Assembly: GCA_976551045.1 (NCBI GenBank)
Contig: CDPCPM010000448.1
Span: forward strand, 1,798,001-1,862,000
Source: Glaucostegus cemiculus
Taxonomy: Eukaryota
Reading direction: 5' to 3'
Length of the DNA: 64,000 bases
Shown: piece by piece, positions 51,160-64,000 of the stretch
Layout of the letters: the number at the start of each line of letters is the position of its first letter
How positions within the stretch are numbered: the stretch's first letter is position 1
The notes under the pieces: generated by a model
The model's database searches: none
The model's input: the letters and a program-made list of their open reading frames with translations, nothing else
What the model was told of the DNA's origin: nothing
Program-made: the position numbers and the translations under genes

Positions 51160-51530
51160 GAGACCCAAGGCAAAGTCTGCCATGGTTCATCACAGCCAGA
51201 TATTTCCAGGTAGGGAGAGGAAATAATTCAAGGATGTTCTCAGAGATTCCTAGATAAAGTGTAATATCCCCACTGATATCTGGGAATCCCTGGCCTATGA
51301 CCATTCAAAAAAGAGAAATTAGGATTGCAATGAGATACCTTCAAATTCATTTGTAGAGCACACAAAAGCCGAGCATGGTGGAAGGAGTGCACTATCTGCC
51401 AAACTATCCACTTATTCCCCCACGGAGCCGGAGTCTGTGGGTCCTATATTAGGCTCAATGGCCACCTCAGAACCCAAAGAGCTGGTGTGGAAGTATGTCA
51501 TGCTTAGTTCCAAGGGACTGCCTAAGAGAG
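51160..51530 (+). mobile_element. Decayed RTE-clade LINE 3' fragment
   Basis: Colinear with 1900-2300 (TTCAAGGATG...TGGGAATCCCTGGCCTATGACC...CCACCTCAGAACCCA). Confidence 0.55.
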
Positions 51531-51769
51531 AATTAGAAAAGTGGCAGTGCCTGGCAGAAAAGCAATTGTGAACTTCCATTCATTTATCACTTTAATTCTA
51601 CCAGAGCAAAACCATATCATCTTTTTCAAAGGCTATATCCCTTTTTGCTCCAATACAATCATTTAAGCATTACTTGAAAAGTGTAACATCTATTTCACTG
51701 CACCCTAGATTCCCAAGAAGAGGTGAATTATCCTGCACCTTGTGCATATTGCTGCAAAAACAACATTCT

Positions 51770-52120
51770 TGTCTTAAGTTAGAAGGCGCAGACTCAGGTC
51801 CCATTCCAGAAACACATTCCATAAAACCTCAGCTTGCACTCCTTTGCAGTGCTGAGGCCTGATATAGTGCCAGATGAGATGTTAAACTGAGACACTCTCT
51901 GGCTGAAGTTCCCATAACAAAAGTTTTTATGAGGAAGTTTGCCTTAAAGTCCTGTCCAGTATCTATTCCTCAACCAATATCATGAAACAAACAGATGATC
52001 ACTGTATTTTACTGCTGTTATCATCAAAACTACAGTTCAAAAGTACTTCATTACTGTAAATTCTTCATTGTGTTTTTAGTTTCTGAAATGCGCAGATGAA
52101 TACAACTGTTTATTTCTTTT
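51770..52120 (+). mobile_element. DeuSINE remnant
   Basis: GCAGTGCTGAGG, AGATGAGATGTTAAACTGAG, GTCCTGTCCAGTATCTATTCCTCAACCAATATCA and ACTACAGTTCAAAAGTACTTCATT. Confidence 0.65.
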
Positions 52121-55100
52121 GTAGATTCAGCTGAGTTGCAGGAGAGTCATCATTAAGAATACTCATTGGCATGTGCATGGAGAGGTTGGCATTAAAGACC
52201 ACATTGCCAGGCTCATAAAGGCTGCATAACACTACACCTGGGGCTCATCTCTCAAGATTTATGCTCAGTTTCCACCTTCTCAGTCGATCACCTCAGGGAC
52301 TGCAGCAGAGATTTTGGCAGAGAATGAATAATATTTACACAAAATATGTTGGCATTTTTCTATTAAAAATCATCCAAGATGCAGAGCTGCTCCAGCACCA
52401 GTAGCTAATCTCTAGGAGCTTTCAAGAAAGGAACAAACATAATTCTTGTACTGTTGAACAGCATGCATGATGGAGACAGCATGATAGAGGTGAAAAGGTG
52501 AAAAAACAGATAACAGAGATGCAGGAGTCAAAGCATATGACATTTTGTAACTGGTACTTAAGTCATGCTAACCTTTATTTTCCAACAGGGATGAGGAAAA
52601 TATTGTATTTACACATATGCACCTACCTGTCCCACTTCTGTACTGTATTATTCTACAATAAGCTCAACAACAGAAATTATGCAGGATACCAGCAAAATAC
52701 AAAGTGGTAGAAAAGCTTATTAGATAGGTCAAGGAATAATTAGCTGGCATCAAACTTGCATTTTAAAATGCCTGATGATTGCAGGAATGATTCCACATAT
52801 TTTATAAAACATGATGACTGCACCTTTCAGTTACGTCACCAGGTGGCCACTATACACCTGGGCCCAGAAGGTTATTTTAAAGCATCCTTATCATTGCAAA
52901 CCTCAAAGGAATATTGCTACCAATCGTAGTCCTCCTGTCAATCATTCTGCTTGATATCATGCAACACGGCATAAAATGCGGATTGATACTAGGACACTTC
53001 TGGTTGGAAAATCATTAGAAATTTTCAGCGGGTAAGACAGCACCAATGGAGAGAGAAATAGAGTTAATTTTTCAGTTCAATGACCCCATCAAAAATGGTC
53101 TACTTCTGGTTCATATCATGGGACATTGAATATCAGCCCAGAGGAAGTAGAAACCAAACTGTCCTCATGAAAACCCTAATATCTGGCTTACAGAAAATCT
53201 TTGGAGACATTCACTAAAACAAAAGCCATCCCATTCAGTCAGAGCCAGACATGTTACAGCATAGGCATTAATTCATCCTCCCCTTTTGCTTTCTCAAACT
53301 GAGCCCACAGATGACAATTACAACAACAGGAATTAGAATTTACACAATGGAAAGTCTTAAGGCAATTCTTGATCAAGTGACCTTTAAGCCAAGATTAATA
53401 ATGTTTTTAGGTATCAGTGTCTGTAGGTTTTTTTTCCTCTTTTAATTATTATGCTCTCACAATAACAAAAACACATTGTCCTATTCCCCAATTTACACTC
53501 TGAATCTGAACGCAGTGCTAATTATTTGCCTCTGGAACCAACTGCTGCCATTAACATGGGACATTATTTCTTCCAATTTAGTTGTCATTTTATCAAAAAA
53601 CAAGTTTCAGAAGGGCCAATTTTCCTATACACTGTCTCATGAAATTTTAAACATGGAAAGAAAAACACAATCACTGGTTAGCAGCAACTTGTCCCTCATA
53701 AGAGTTATGAATATAATCGATCGACCCTTTCCACAAAAGCATATTTACCTGTTCTGAATTGGTATTTCTGTAAGGAACTACAGTACTGAAGCAAAAATTT
53801 CAAAGCACACTATACCAATTGCAGCACAAATCCAATACTTTGCATCCATACAGTGATTTACTTTGTGCAGAATTGGAGCATGGATTAGGAGAGTGTAAGG
53901 GGTTTTAATCAAAGTCAGTTTCCAAATCTCCTTCAAATAACTCTAATGGATCTTCTAATGCTCTGGAGGGAACCAAGTGGCTCATTTAATGTGTGGATCA
54001 ATTCTTTCACCATTTTCTATTTTTTATTCAGACACACAAGCAGCAAGGAGACCCTGCCATCCAGCATGCAAAGTGTAATGTTACCTGGTTTGGGAACATT
54101 CTGCCCGGACCACGGTACCAATCTACCAGAGAAAGTTCCATGAGCACAGAGAGCCATCTGATATGTTACTCAGGAGGTTTTCCTTGGACAATCCAGACCC
54201 TGGCACCTCTATGCTGACTAATTCAGCACAGAATGTGCATAGCTCCATGTCAAAATAGGCAGTGAATTAAGTATCTGAACTTTCAGTGCTTCTTTGAGAC
54301 AAGGCAGCTATATTCATATGGGTGGGTCAAAGGTAATACATTTGATAGGTACAAAAGAATAAAAAACATCAAAAAGTAGAGAATTTTATCTTTTACTGTT
54401 TCAGATAAATATTCATGTTGAGTTAGTGTTAATATTTCTATAAATAAACTAAGCAGTATTGATAATAGCAATAAATGCAACTGGCAAGTTCTGCAGTACT
54501 TCTCACACTGATCGAAGCAATCTATGACAAGTTGGATTCACTCAATAAGGAACAATCAATAAGGCCACTCTAGCAGATGGAGCAAGACTTAAAAACCTCT
54601 AGTAAGTATGTTACAAGAAATCTTTTCATCAATTCAGGAAAGTATTCTACACAGCATCAGATTATAAAATAAAAGCAAATGATAACATCTTTTATCTTTG
54701 TACTAATAGTCTGTGTATAATCAGTTGGTTGTCAAGCAGTCACATGTCCTATATTGTGAGATTAATCTGACTTTCATTTTCAACTAACGGTCTGTTCTGT
54801 CCATTGATGTAGACACTTTCTAATGCAACATACATCCCATTTGCAATAACCTGGTATAACAGAAAATATTTTGTTTAATTTCCCTGTTGCTTTTCTCCAG
54901 GCAATTTAGCTACCTTCATTGGTTGTGAAACTGACTAGCCATGGAAAAAGTATTTTACTGTCCTATGTAAACTGCATTCCCACTTATTGTCAGTTCTTCC
55001 CAAAGATTTTTTTTAACTGGAAGAGGATTTGGTAATATAAATTGTAACTTTTCTTTATCTTCCGTGCCATTTTCTTTTGACAACATCGATTCCTTCTATG

Positions 55101-55339
55101 GCAGTAGGTGGAACCACAATTTAATGACATTTTTTCACAAAAATCATCAAATAACATCTGTGAACTAAATCCACGTATTGTTTTTCTATTCCTTAGGTCC
55201 TGGTCATCTATAGGAGCCCTACTGTACTTGACACTAAGCAGATTATTGCAACTTTGTAGAGCCAGCATGTAATACCCTCGATTTGTGTGCTTTGAAATCT
55301 CCCTGGTAGGTCCTATTTCCCATAAAATAGCTTTCCACC

Positions 55340-55896
55340 AAGAGTGGAGGAAAGGGAAGGGGAAAGGGAAGGGGAAAGGGAAGGGGAAGGGGAAGAGTCA
55401 GGTACTAGAGAGTACCCCGGTGGCTGTACCCCTGACAATAGGTACTCCTGCTTGAGTACTGTTGAGGGGGACAGCCTACCTGGGGGGAGCAACAGTGGTG
55501 GTGTCTCTGGCACGGAGCCCGGCCCTGTGGCTCAGGTGGATAGGGAAGGAGTCAGGAGGGCACTAGTTATAGGGGACTCTATAGTGAGGTGGGCAGATGA
55601 GATTCTGTGGACGCAGGAAAGAAACTCGGAAGGTGGTTTGCCTCCCAGGTGCCAGGGTCTGGGATGTTTCTGACTGCGTCCAAGAAATCTTGAAGGGGGA
55701 AGGAGAACAGCTGGAGGTTGTGGTACATATTGGTACCAACGACATAGGTAAGGAAAGGAATGAGGTCCTGAAAGGAGCCTATAGAGAGTTAGGAAGGAGG
55801 TTGAAAAGCAGGACCCCAAAGGTGGCAATTTCTGGAGTGTTACCTGTGCTAAGTGACAGTGGGTACAGGAATTGGATGAGGAGGAGGTTAAATGCG
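55340..55896 (+). mobile_element. Isolated CR1 ORF1 (esterase) fragment, frameshifted
   Basis: NRYSCLSTVEGD, ALVIGDSIVR, VVCLPGARV and VVVHIGTNDIG, homologous to 27640-28175. Confidence 0.9.
55349..55397 (+). repeat. Polypurine (GGGGAAAGGGAA)n repeat with G-quadruplex potential
   Basis: Seven G3-G4 runs separated by 2-3 A. Confidence 0.8.
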
Positions 55897-55992
55897 TTTT
55901 ATTTTTCTTATTATCATAAGTAGTTATTAATAAAGTAGGTTTTAACACTGATACGTGACTCGGTGTGTTTCTTTTGTTGCTGGTTCGTAACA
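55897..55992 (+). repeat. Terminal ~95 bp (U5 end) of an LTR related to the Gmr1-like element
   Basis: Reverse complement TGTTACGAACCAGCAACAAAAGAAACACACCGAGTCA...GTGTTAAAAC.TACTTTATTAATAACTACTT matches 17922-18000. Confidence 0.88.
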
Positions 55993-56719
55993 CTTGAGGT
56001 TCACAATACTGCCAAGTTTTGTATCATCCACATTGCTGTGGTCAAGAGGTGATCCTACCCACGCCCAAAATCCACACCAGCAGCACTTTCCAACAGCACT
56101 TCAGAGATAACAGTGCTGCTCTCTTTTTGTTGTCCCCTTTCTGACCCAGTTGTAGTGAATCCAGCCTGTTTCTTTGACATCAGTTAGCAAACACACAATA
56201 TACTAATTTCTTGTTATTTCTTCCCATGCTCTGTTTTCTGACTACCATTGATTACCTGCATCTGTGTTGTGGTTTGGTGTCAGGACCGTTAACCTCTGTT
56301 CCACGTTGGTCTGGGTAAAAACTTAGTGGCTTTCACCCCCAATTCTAGATGATGAATATACTTGAAAAGAAAACGACTCTAATACAATCCCTGGGGAATG
56401 CCACTATTTAACCTCGCTGCAGTCTGAACAACCATTTACCACAATCTTCTGTTGTCCATTACTTAGCCAACTTTGTACCTATGTTATCAATGTCCATTTC
56501 ATGTCATGTGTTTCAACTTTCCTTGTATCACTGTTAGCTGTAAGCCTTTTGCAAGTTCTGTTTCCATGTTGCTCCATCTTAACAATTATTCACTTTTCCT
56601 GAATCCAAATTCAGCTTTCTCACAAATTATAACCTTGCCTGACCAAACTTTTTCACAAGGTCCTGACCATCTTTGTGCTGTATTATTGCAAATGATCCTG
56701 TCTGTGTATCAATGGTTCA

Positions 56720-57430
56720 CATATTTTTAAAATTATTTCAAATATATATTTTATGCACAAAATTAACAATATATATTTTTTGTAGGTATTCCATTTTGTA
56801 TATATTCCATTCCAGCATTCCATGTATGTAAAATATTTAAATTATGTCAGTGCAACATGAACTTTTCTTTGATATACATCCAATGAGCACAAAAGTCCAA
56901 GGGGATTTTACTTGACTTTCAGCGTGTACAATGGCAGAGGGCCTTTAAACTGTGGCCTTTTACCAAAGAGCCTTTGCAACAGCTGCACCAAATTTCAGTG
57001 CATTGCTAAGTAGGTAGCTGTGGACCATGGAGTCAATACCAGTCTACTATATTCTGTGTATGGACAGCTCCTTGCACTGGAGGAGCAGCAAATTTAGGGC
57101 AGACCAGTGTGTGTTATTCATCGAGTTAATCATCTTCCAGCAGCAGCCAGCGTTAGTCTCAGTGTGTGTCCCAGGAACAGCTTAAAGCACAGAATCGTGT
57201 GTCACACAGCTGTTCAGAATGAATCTTGACAAAGACGACTGCATTCTTGGTAAATGCACAGTCCGAAAGGAGATGGACGGTGGTCTCATCCCACCAAAGC
57301 CACTTCAAGGGCAGTGTGTGGTGGTGCATAAGGATCAGACAAGGAGGGCATCACTGGGTAAGAAGGGCCCTGGTGGTTATTTGAATAGAACTCAATTACT
57401 CCTTCAAGTTGACAGAAGGATATGCCAGAT
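56720..57430 (-). mobile_element. Tx1/L1-clade LINE 3' fragment
   Basis: Minus-strand broken translation CP*SGFGG...PGTHTETNAGCCWKMINS...WSALNLLLLQ resembles the Tx1 C-terminal zinc-finger region. Confidence 0.65.
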
Positions 57431-59619
57431 TGTAATCTTATTCATCTGACCTTGATATAACCACTCTACTTTAGACTCATTCAGGACTCCATGAGCCTAC
57501 AATTTCCAAATTACATTAATGTTTTAACTGATTCAACAGATTCTTCCCCCTCCATTTGGGTAAAGAGTTGTTTACCAGTATCATTTTCACACAAATTAAA
57601 ATTTAGCATTGTAAGATTCCTCTCAGACCACATAAGTTCAGTTAAATAAAGCACATATTTTGGTGAAAACTGACTTTAACAACTGCCTCATTGACTATCT
57701 GGTGTAGGCATAACGGTGGCTGCATTTGAAAAGTGAAATGCTCCTAACTGTAAGTTCCCAACACCAAACTCCTCTCCCACCAGATCATTCACTGCATATG
57801 GATTTAACCAACAATTTCTGAACAAATGTTATTGATCTGAAATGTTATTCCTATCTTTCCCCCACCCCCCACAAATATACCTGATCTGCTGAGTATTTCC
57901 TGCAGTTTCTGTTTTGATCGTCCACAAGGTAGAATGGTCCTAAATTCTCATTCCTGTCTGTTTCTGTAAGCATTTGCCAGATAGGATGAGGAAACTTAAT
58001 AAGGGAAAAAGATCTCAATACTCCAAGGGCCTGTAGCACACTTGTTAACTTTTGATGACAAAAACAGCTTCTTGACAATTAAAACTATTCTCAGCCAGAA
58101 CAGTCTGCCATCTGGGAAATAAAGGCCTTTCTTCACCTGAAATCATTATCTTCTCCTGTACTGCACCTGAAAGACATTCTCCTGCCCACTGATAAAGATC
58201 AATGTTTACACAAAGCAGCTCTGTGCAGGGCTGAGCTCTGACCTGGCATTCCAAACTAATTTCTCAAAAAGCATCACACAACATAAACAAGGGACATGCA
58301 ACTAATAAGATTCTCAGTGAACTCTTGTTGAAAAATAATCATTTGCTGTTTGGGAATAGTCTATTCTTGCACAAAGAAGATCCCATGGGTTAGCAGAGTT
58401 TCCACCTTCTTTTTCCATCATTTATTCCTTTATTTTAAGTATACATCATAGGGAAGGAACAAGAGGGTGTGATCGAGCTTGAATATAATAAGGTAATTAC
58501 AATGGAAAAAGCTAAAGGGGAAAACCTTCATTCATAAGAAATGTGGATGCCCAAATCAACAGGGAACAGAGGTTAATGGGCCTGACAGCAAAGCACAACA
58601 CAGACACAAGTGATCAATGGTGCTCCAGAAAACTGAGCATGGGGAGAAATAAAAAGAACTTTGCACAACTCCCATTCTGTGCTTGTTAACTGATGTCAGC
58701 CCAAAAAGCAATTGAGGGCTGGATTCAATACCACTGGGTCAGGAAGGAGGTAACAAACAAGCCAGCTGGGGTTCCTTCTCTGATTTGCTGTCCAGTGATC
58801 CCTATTGGAAAAAGCTCCTTGTGTAGAATTTGGGAGTGGACAAGATCAGCCATGCTGAGCATCCCGTTGGTAGTCACAACCTCGGCTCACATGAGAATGA
58901 TTTAATCAAAGCAAGAAATCAGAGGGCCCTTAAAAATGGACCTCAACTAAAACGAGCAGCTTCTGGAGGGGTAGAGAAAGAATGGGAAGCAGCAAAGAAT
59001 AGTTCCATACCCAATAACATGAAAGACTGATGCTGTTCTGCCTTTCACGCATCTCTTGTTTTAATTTCTCTCCCCCCCCCAGCACCCATTCTGAGCACTG
59101 ACAATAATTGCCCTCTTTCAGATTATAATACCTGCAAGTATGTCCACATGTACTGTTAATGCCTCTCAAATAAATGACCTGAAATTAAAAACACAGAATC
59201 CATGAAACTGTACCATATTTACGAAAGATTTTGCCCACAGAATACTGAACTCAAAACTGTCCCAATATGATCCAATTTGAAAATGGCTTACAAAAAATCA
59301 AAAGACTGACCATTACATGTGGTTCTAGTTCCTGTTGCAAGAAAATGAGGAATAAGAAACCATCCAGAAACTAGGATGTATTCTTGTAGCCCAATATTTC
59401 TATGGTTTGCTTTAGAAAAGCTATGTATTATTCTATATTGCCCTTTGTTCATATAAAACATGCAAGGAGAGTCAAACTTTTAAACATCTTAATATCTCTT
59501 GCCTCATTGATTCTATAGCCAGATTCATCCTGTTACTTTGGCAATATCTGACCCTCATACTGAAATGGAAATATTAAATTTGCAAATAAGTTTTGACTCT
59601 TCATTTTAAAACTTTTTGT

Positions 59620-60660
59620 AATTCATTCCTGATGTGGACATTGTCAGCTCAGCCAACAATTATTGCCCATCCTTAAGTGCCCTTGAGAACATGAGTTAGG
59701 AGCTGGAGTAGGCCCTTGGCTTCTCTAACCTGCTCATCATTTAAGCTCATGGCTGATCTGTCTGTAACCTCAACTCTGCATTCCTATCTAATCACAGTAA
59801 CCTTTCATCCTCTTGTTTATCAAGTCTCTATCTATGTTTGCCTTAAAAATATACAAAGACTCTTAAAAGATTCACAAGACCAAGAGAAAAATATCACCTA
59901 ATCTCTGACTTAAATGGGAAACTTCCCGTTTTAAACAATGACCCCTAGTTCTAGATTCTCCCACAAAAGGGAACATTCTCACCACACCAACCCTGTCATG
60001 ACTACTTAGGATCTTACATGTTTCTATTGTCAACTCTCAGTGTTCTAAACTCCAGCAGATACAAGCCTAACCTGTCCAACCTTTGCTCATACATTAAACG
60101 CCCATTAAAACTCTGGATTGCTTGCAAGGTATTAATATTCTTCCTTAAATAAGGAGATCAGTACAGCACACAACGCTCCCAATGTAGTCTCACCAATACC
60201 CTCTGTAACTGAAGCATAATCTTATTTTCACATTATATTTCTCTAGCAATAAACAAAAACAGGCTTTCTCAATGACATGCTGTACTTGCAAATGCCTTTT
60301 GTAAATCAAGCACTAGGACACCCCAGAATTGGTGGTGAGCCACTTTCTTGAACCGCCGCACTTGAAATTCTGGTAAAGGTGATCCCACAGTGCTATTGGA
60401 CAAGGTGATCCAGAATTTAGACCCAGCAACGATGAAGGAACAACAATATATTTTCAAATCCGGATGATGTGCAACTTGGAGGAGAACCTGCGAGTGGTAG
60501 TTATCCCAAATGACTGCTGACCTTGTAGGAATTGCTAACAGATTAGCCTAGATGAGTTAGATGGAGGGTATCTTGATTGATAGGACACACTACAGACTAT
60601 GTGCCCATGGTGGTGGGGGTGCTTGTTTAGGATCATTGATAAGCAACCAATGAAGCCAAT
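59620..60660 (-). mobile_element. Old LINE 3' end interrupted by a CR1 fragment (59691-60325)
   Basis: ...GCCCTTGAGAA (59689) resumes as AGAATTGGTGGTGAGCC (60326). The intervening sequence is a degenerate minus-strand CR1 3' end. Confidence 0.65.
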
Positions 60661-60667
60661 GAAGGAA

Positions 60668-61083
60668 CCTCTCATTGTCTTGGTGTAGCAGCCAGCATAA
60701 TCAAAGACCCCACTCATCCAGGACATTCTCTCTTCTCTCCTCTTCCATCTGGTAGAAGATACAGGTGCCTCAGGGCATGCACCACCAGACTTAAGGACAG
60801 CTGCTTCCCCACTGTGTTAAGACTATTGAACGGTTCCCTTATACAATGATCTGTGACCTCACATTCTACCTTGTGTGACTTTGCACCTTATTGCACTGCA
60901 GTTTCTCTGTAGCTGTGACTCTTTATTCTGTACTGTTACTGTTTTTACTGTACTACTTCAATGCATTTTGTACTAACTATGCAACTGCGCTGTGTAATGA
61001 ATTGACCTGTACGATCGGTTTGTAAGATAAGCTTTTCACTGTACCTCGGTACAAGTGACAATAATAAATCAATACCAATACCA
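60668..61083 (+). mobile_element. Rex1/Babar 3' fragment
   Basis: High identity to 43638-44045. Tail AATAAATCAATACCAATACCA. Confidence 0.85.
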
Positions 61084-61086
61084 GCT

Positions 61087-61966
61087 GCATTGTTGGAAAG
61101 GTCTTGTGGTGTCAGCAAGTGAATCACTTGAGGTAACTCTGCTTTCAGGTGCTTCTGTCACCACAGTTGTCTGAATTTCCAATCAAAGGTGACTCCAGTA
61201 TGTTGAGGATGGGGGACTCAACAATGATCATGCCATTGAATGTCAAGGATAGATGGTCAGACTCTCACTTATTGAAGGTGGTCACGACCTGTCGTGTGAA
61301 AGTTATTTGCCACATCAGCCTATGACCATGTTCTCTAAGTCGTGCTCCTTGCAGGCATGAGCTCTTTCATTTGCTGAGCATTATCAGTGAGCATTCCCAC
61401 TTCTGATCTTACTTCCGAGATAAGGTTATCGATGAAGTCGCTGAAAATGGTTGAGCCAAAAGCATTGCCTTGAGGAACTCCTGCAGTGATGTCCTGTGGA
61501 TGGGACGAATGAATTTAAACAATCAGGCATGTTCCTTTGACTCCAACTACTGTATTCACCTTGACTGGATGTTCAATGACATCAATTTGCCATGCTGCAT
61601 CAGGCTTTGTATTGCAAGAGTTTTCTTTTATTTTCATGGATAAATTAGATGTGGGCTCACATAGCTTTTGTCATCCCATGTAAATTCAAATAGATGTTCC
61701 CACTAGTCAGAAACATAAACAAAAATTTGCAGCAGGTGATTTGGCTTTGCTTCACCATTCAATATGATATTAGCTGATCACCCACCAGTGTCCTGACCAC
61801 CTATCCTTGACATTCAATGGCATGACCATTGGTGAGACCCCAACCCTCAACATTCTGGGGTCACTTTTGATCGGAAATTCAGATAACGGTGGTGACAGGA
61901 GTACCTGAAAGCTTAGGTACCCCAAGTGATTCACCTTCTGACACCACAAGGCCTTTCCAACAATGC
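61087..61966. repeat. Inverted repeat with ~175-bp arms (61087-61260 and 61793-61966)
   Basis: Arms are reverse complements. The ORF track gives IHLLTPQDLSNNA (-) and IHLLTPQGLSNNA (+). Confidence 0.85.
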
Positions 61967-63100
61967 TCCTTTCTCCCCATATTCCTTGATCCCTTTAGTA
62001 TTAACAAATATATCAACTTGCTTGAATGTATTTAATTACATGGCCTCCAATCTTTTCATGGTAAAGAACACTGCAGGTTCACCATCTCTGGTGAAGATAA
62101 TCTCAGCTCTAAATAGCACATTGCATATCCTGAAGCTGTGACCCCTGGTTCCGGACTCTCAAATCATCAGGAACATGCTCCCTACATCTAATCTGTCCAG
62201 TCCTGTTGGAATTTTATAGGTTTCTATGAGATCCCCTCCTAGTCATCTAAATTTCAGGGAATACAGATCTAATTAACCCAAACTAGCCCTCCCCCTACCC
62301 CCACCCCGCAGTGTCAATCCTGAAATCCATGGCATTGATCTAGTTGCACTCCCACAGACAAGAACATCCTCCCACTGATAAAGATACCAAAACTGCGCAC
62401 CAGATGGAGTTCCACCAAGGCCCTGCACAGCTGCAGCAAGACATCTTTCTCCTGTATTCAAATCCTCTTGCAGTGAAGGCCAACATACCATTTGCCTTCT
62501 TAACAGCCTGCTACACCTGAATGCTTGCTTTTGGCAAATGGGGTACAAGGACACACAGGTCCTGTTGCAACTTCCCTTTTCCCAATCTATCACATTTCAG
62601 ATAATAATCTTTCTGTTGTTCAAAAGTTCCAGCAGATTTCATAAACTCATTTAACTTTGTACTATCCTATTAATGCTTTCCAAGTGTTCGACGTTGTATC
62701 TTTCATAACAAATTCCAGCAATTTCTGCAAGTCCCTGCATTTTTTTTTTCCTTTCATTCTTTGCCACCCTGTATGAACTGCTCCACAGTCTAAAGAATTT
62801 TGGAAAATGACCACAATGCCATTTCTATGGCATTTCCTTCAGTATTCTATGATGTAAGATTATCAGGATCTGCAGCTTTGTCAGTCTCAGCCCCAATAAT
62901 TTCTCCAGCACTATTTGTTTGACAATAATGATTGTCTTCAGTCACTTCCTCAATCTACTGTATATCCTTGTTTCCCTAACATATCAGAAAGCTTGTTCGT
63001 GTCCACCTTTGTGAAGTAAGTGTTTACTTGTTCTGTCATTTTTTTGTTTCAAATTTTAATTTCCCTGTTTCTAACTGTCGTGTACATCAAGTTATCTTCA
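61712..63100 (-). mobile_element. Old CR1 fragment carrying the right inverted-repeat arm inside its 3' UTR
   Basis: CCATTCAATATGAT 3' UTR motif, GAAGGCCAACATACCATTTGCCTTCTTAAC (KKANGMLAF antisense) and further colinear remnants. Confidence 0.7.
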
Positions 63101-63579
63101 CTAACTTACGGATACCACTAAATAATGATGACCAGATTTAGGATAACCCATCTGAGACAATGGGATTCATATTTTTTCAAACTTCTATGCACATGAGATT
63201 GCATTTAATTTACAAATCAGAAGCAAGGATCCAGACTATAATTTGCACACACCTGTGCCTTTGCTCCTCATGTGTCTCCTCAAACCTAATTCATCCCATA
63301 CTTTTAATATATTCTTCTGTTCCTTTCTGCCTCTTGCACAGATTAAGCCTCTGCTTAAATGAGTATCTATTGTCATTTTGACAACTCCGCATGATAATAC
63401 GTTCCATTTTCTCACCACTCTCTACGAAAAGGTAAATCAGCAGATGTTAGTAACTCTACCTTTTACCTGTTGCCCCTAATTTTGGACTCCCTCAGGTAGA
63501 AAAACCTTCCTGATGTCTTGACCACTGAACATCATCATGATTTTAAAGAATTCCTTTCCCCCCCCAAACCACCCCCCCC

Positions 63580-63960
63580 CCCCATTGGTTTCTATAGTGC
63601 TGAAGAAGTTCAAGAACATCCAGAACAAAGCAGGCCAATTGACAGATAATCCATTGAGCACACTGAACATTCAGTATCTCCACACCACTGAGTTTGTCTG
63701 CAATGTACACCATCAACAAAACTCATTGCTGTTACTTGGCAAGGCAGCTTCAACAGCATCCCAAACCTGTGTCCTCAAACAGCTAGAAAGGCAAGGGCAG
63801 CAGGCAAAAAGAAACACTGCCAGTTGCAAGTTCTTTTCCAAGCCATACACCATCCTGACTTGGAAATTTATTGCCTTTCCTTCATTACGTCTGGGTATAA
63901 ACTCTGTAATTTCCTAACCAACAATACCGTGGGAATATCCACACCATAGCAATGCTACCA
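63580..63960 (+). mobile_element. Old LINE (CR1/L2 group) 3' region
   Basis: LKKFKNIQNKA. The distal part is the reverse complement of 60330-60520. Confidence 0.6.
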
Positions 63961-64000
63961 GTATCCCAACTATACCTCCATGTGCCACCGTGAAAACTGC

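Overview
AT-rich, repeat-dense vertebrate DNA. The mix of CR1, Rex1/Babar, RTE and Tx1 LINEs, V-SINE/HE1 and DeuSINE elements and Penelope-type hairpins points to a cartilaginous fish (inference). The window appears to lie entirely inside a large minus-strand macrodomain gene. The only host coding sequence I found is a 30-nt exon at 24325-24354, absent from the ORF track, encoding (A)NSSLMGGGG(V). This is the MACROD1/MACROD2 catalytic-loop exon, and NSS favours MACROD1. Major insertions are: (1) a complete but decayed Gmr1-type Gypsy LTR retrotransposon (11956-18733; SCAN-like Gag, integrase before RT, tRNA-Pro PBS, 4-bp TSD), sense to the host; (2) a nearly intact full-length CR1 LINE (27161-31524), disabled only by one extra T; (3) an inverted, near-identical 5'-truncated CR1 copy 7.4 kb away. 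I found no clearly new biological system. The most notable unexplained structures are a decayed ~33-bp array of splice-donor-like motifs, a local inverted duplication, a CR1-LTR chimera, and hairpin repeats with degenerate hammerhead cores. Boundaries of old repeats are approximate and were read by eye.
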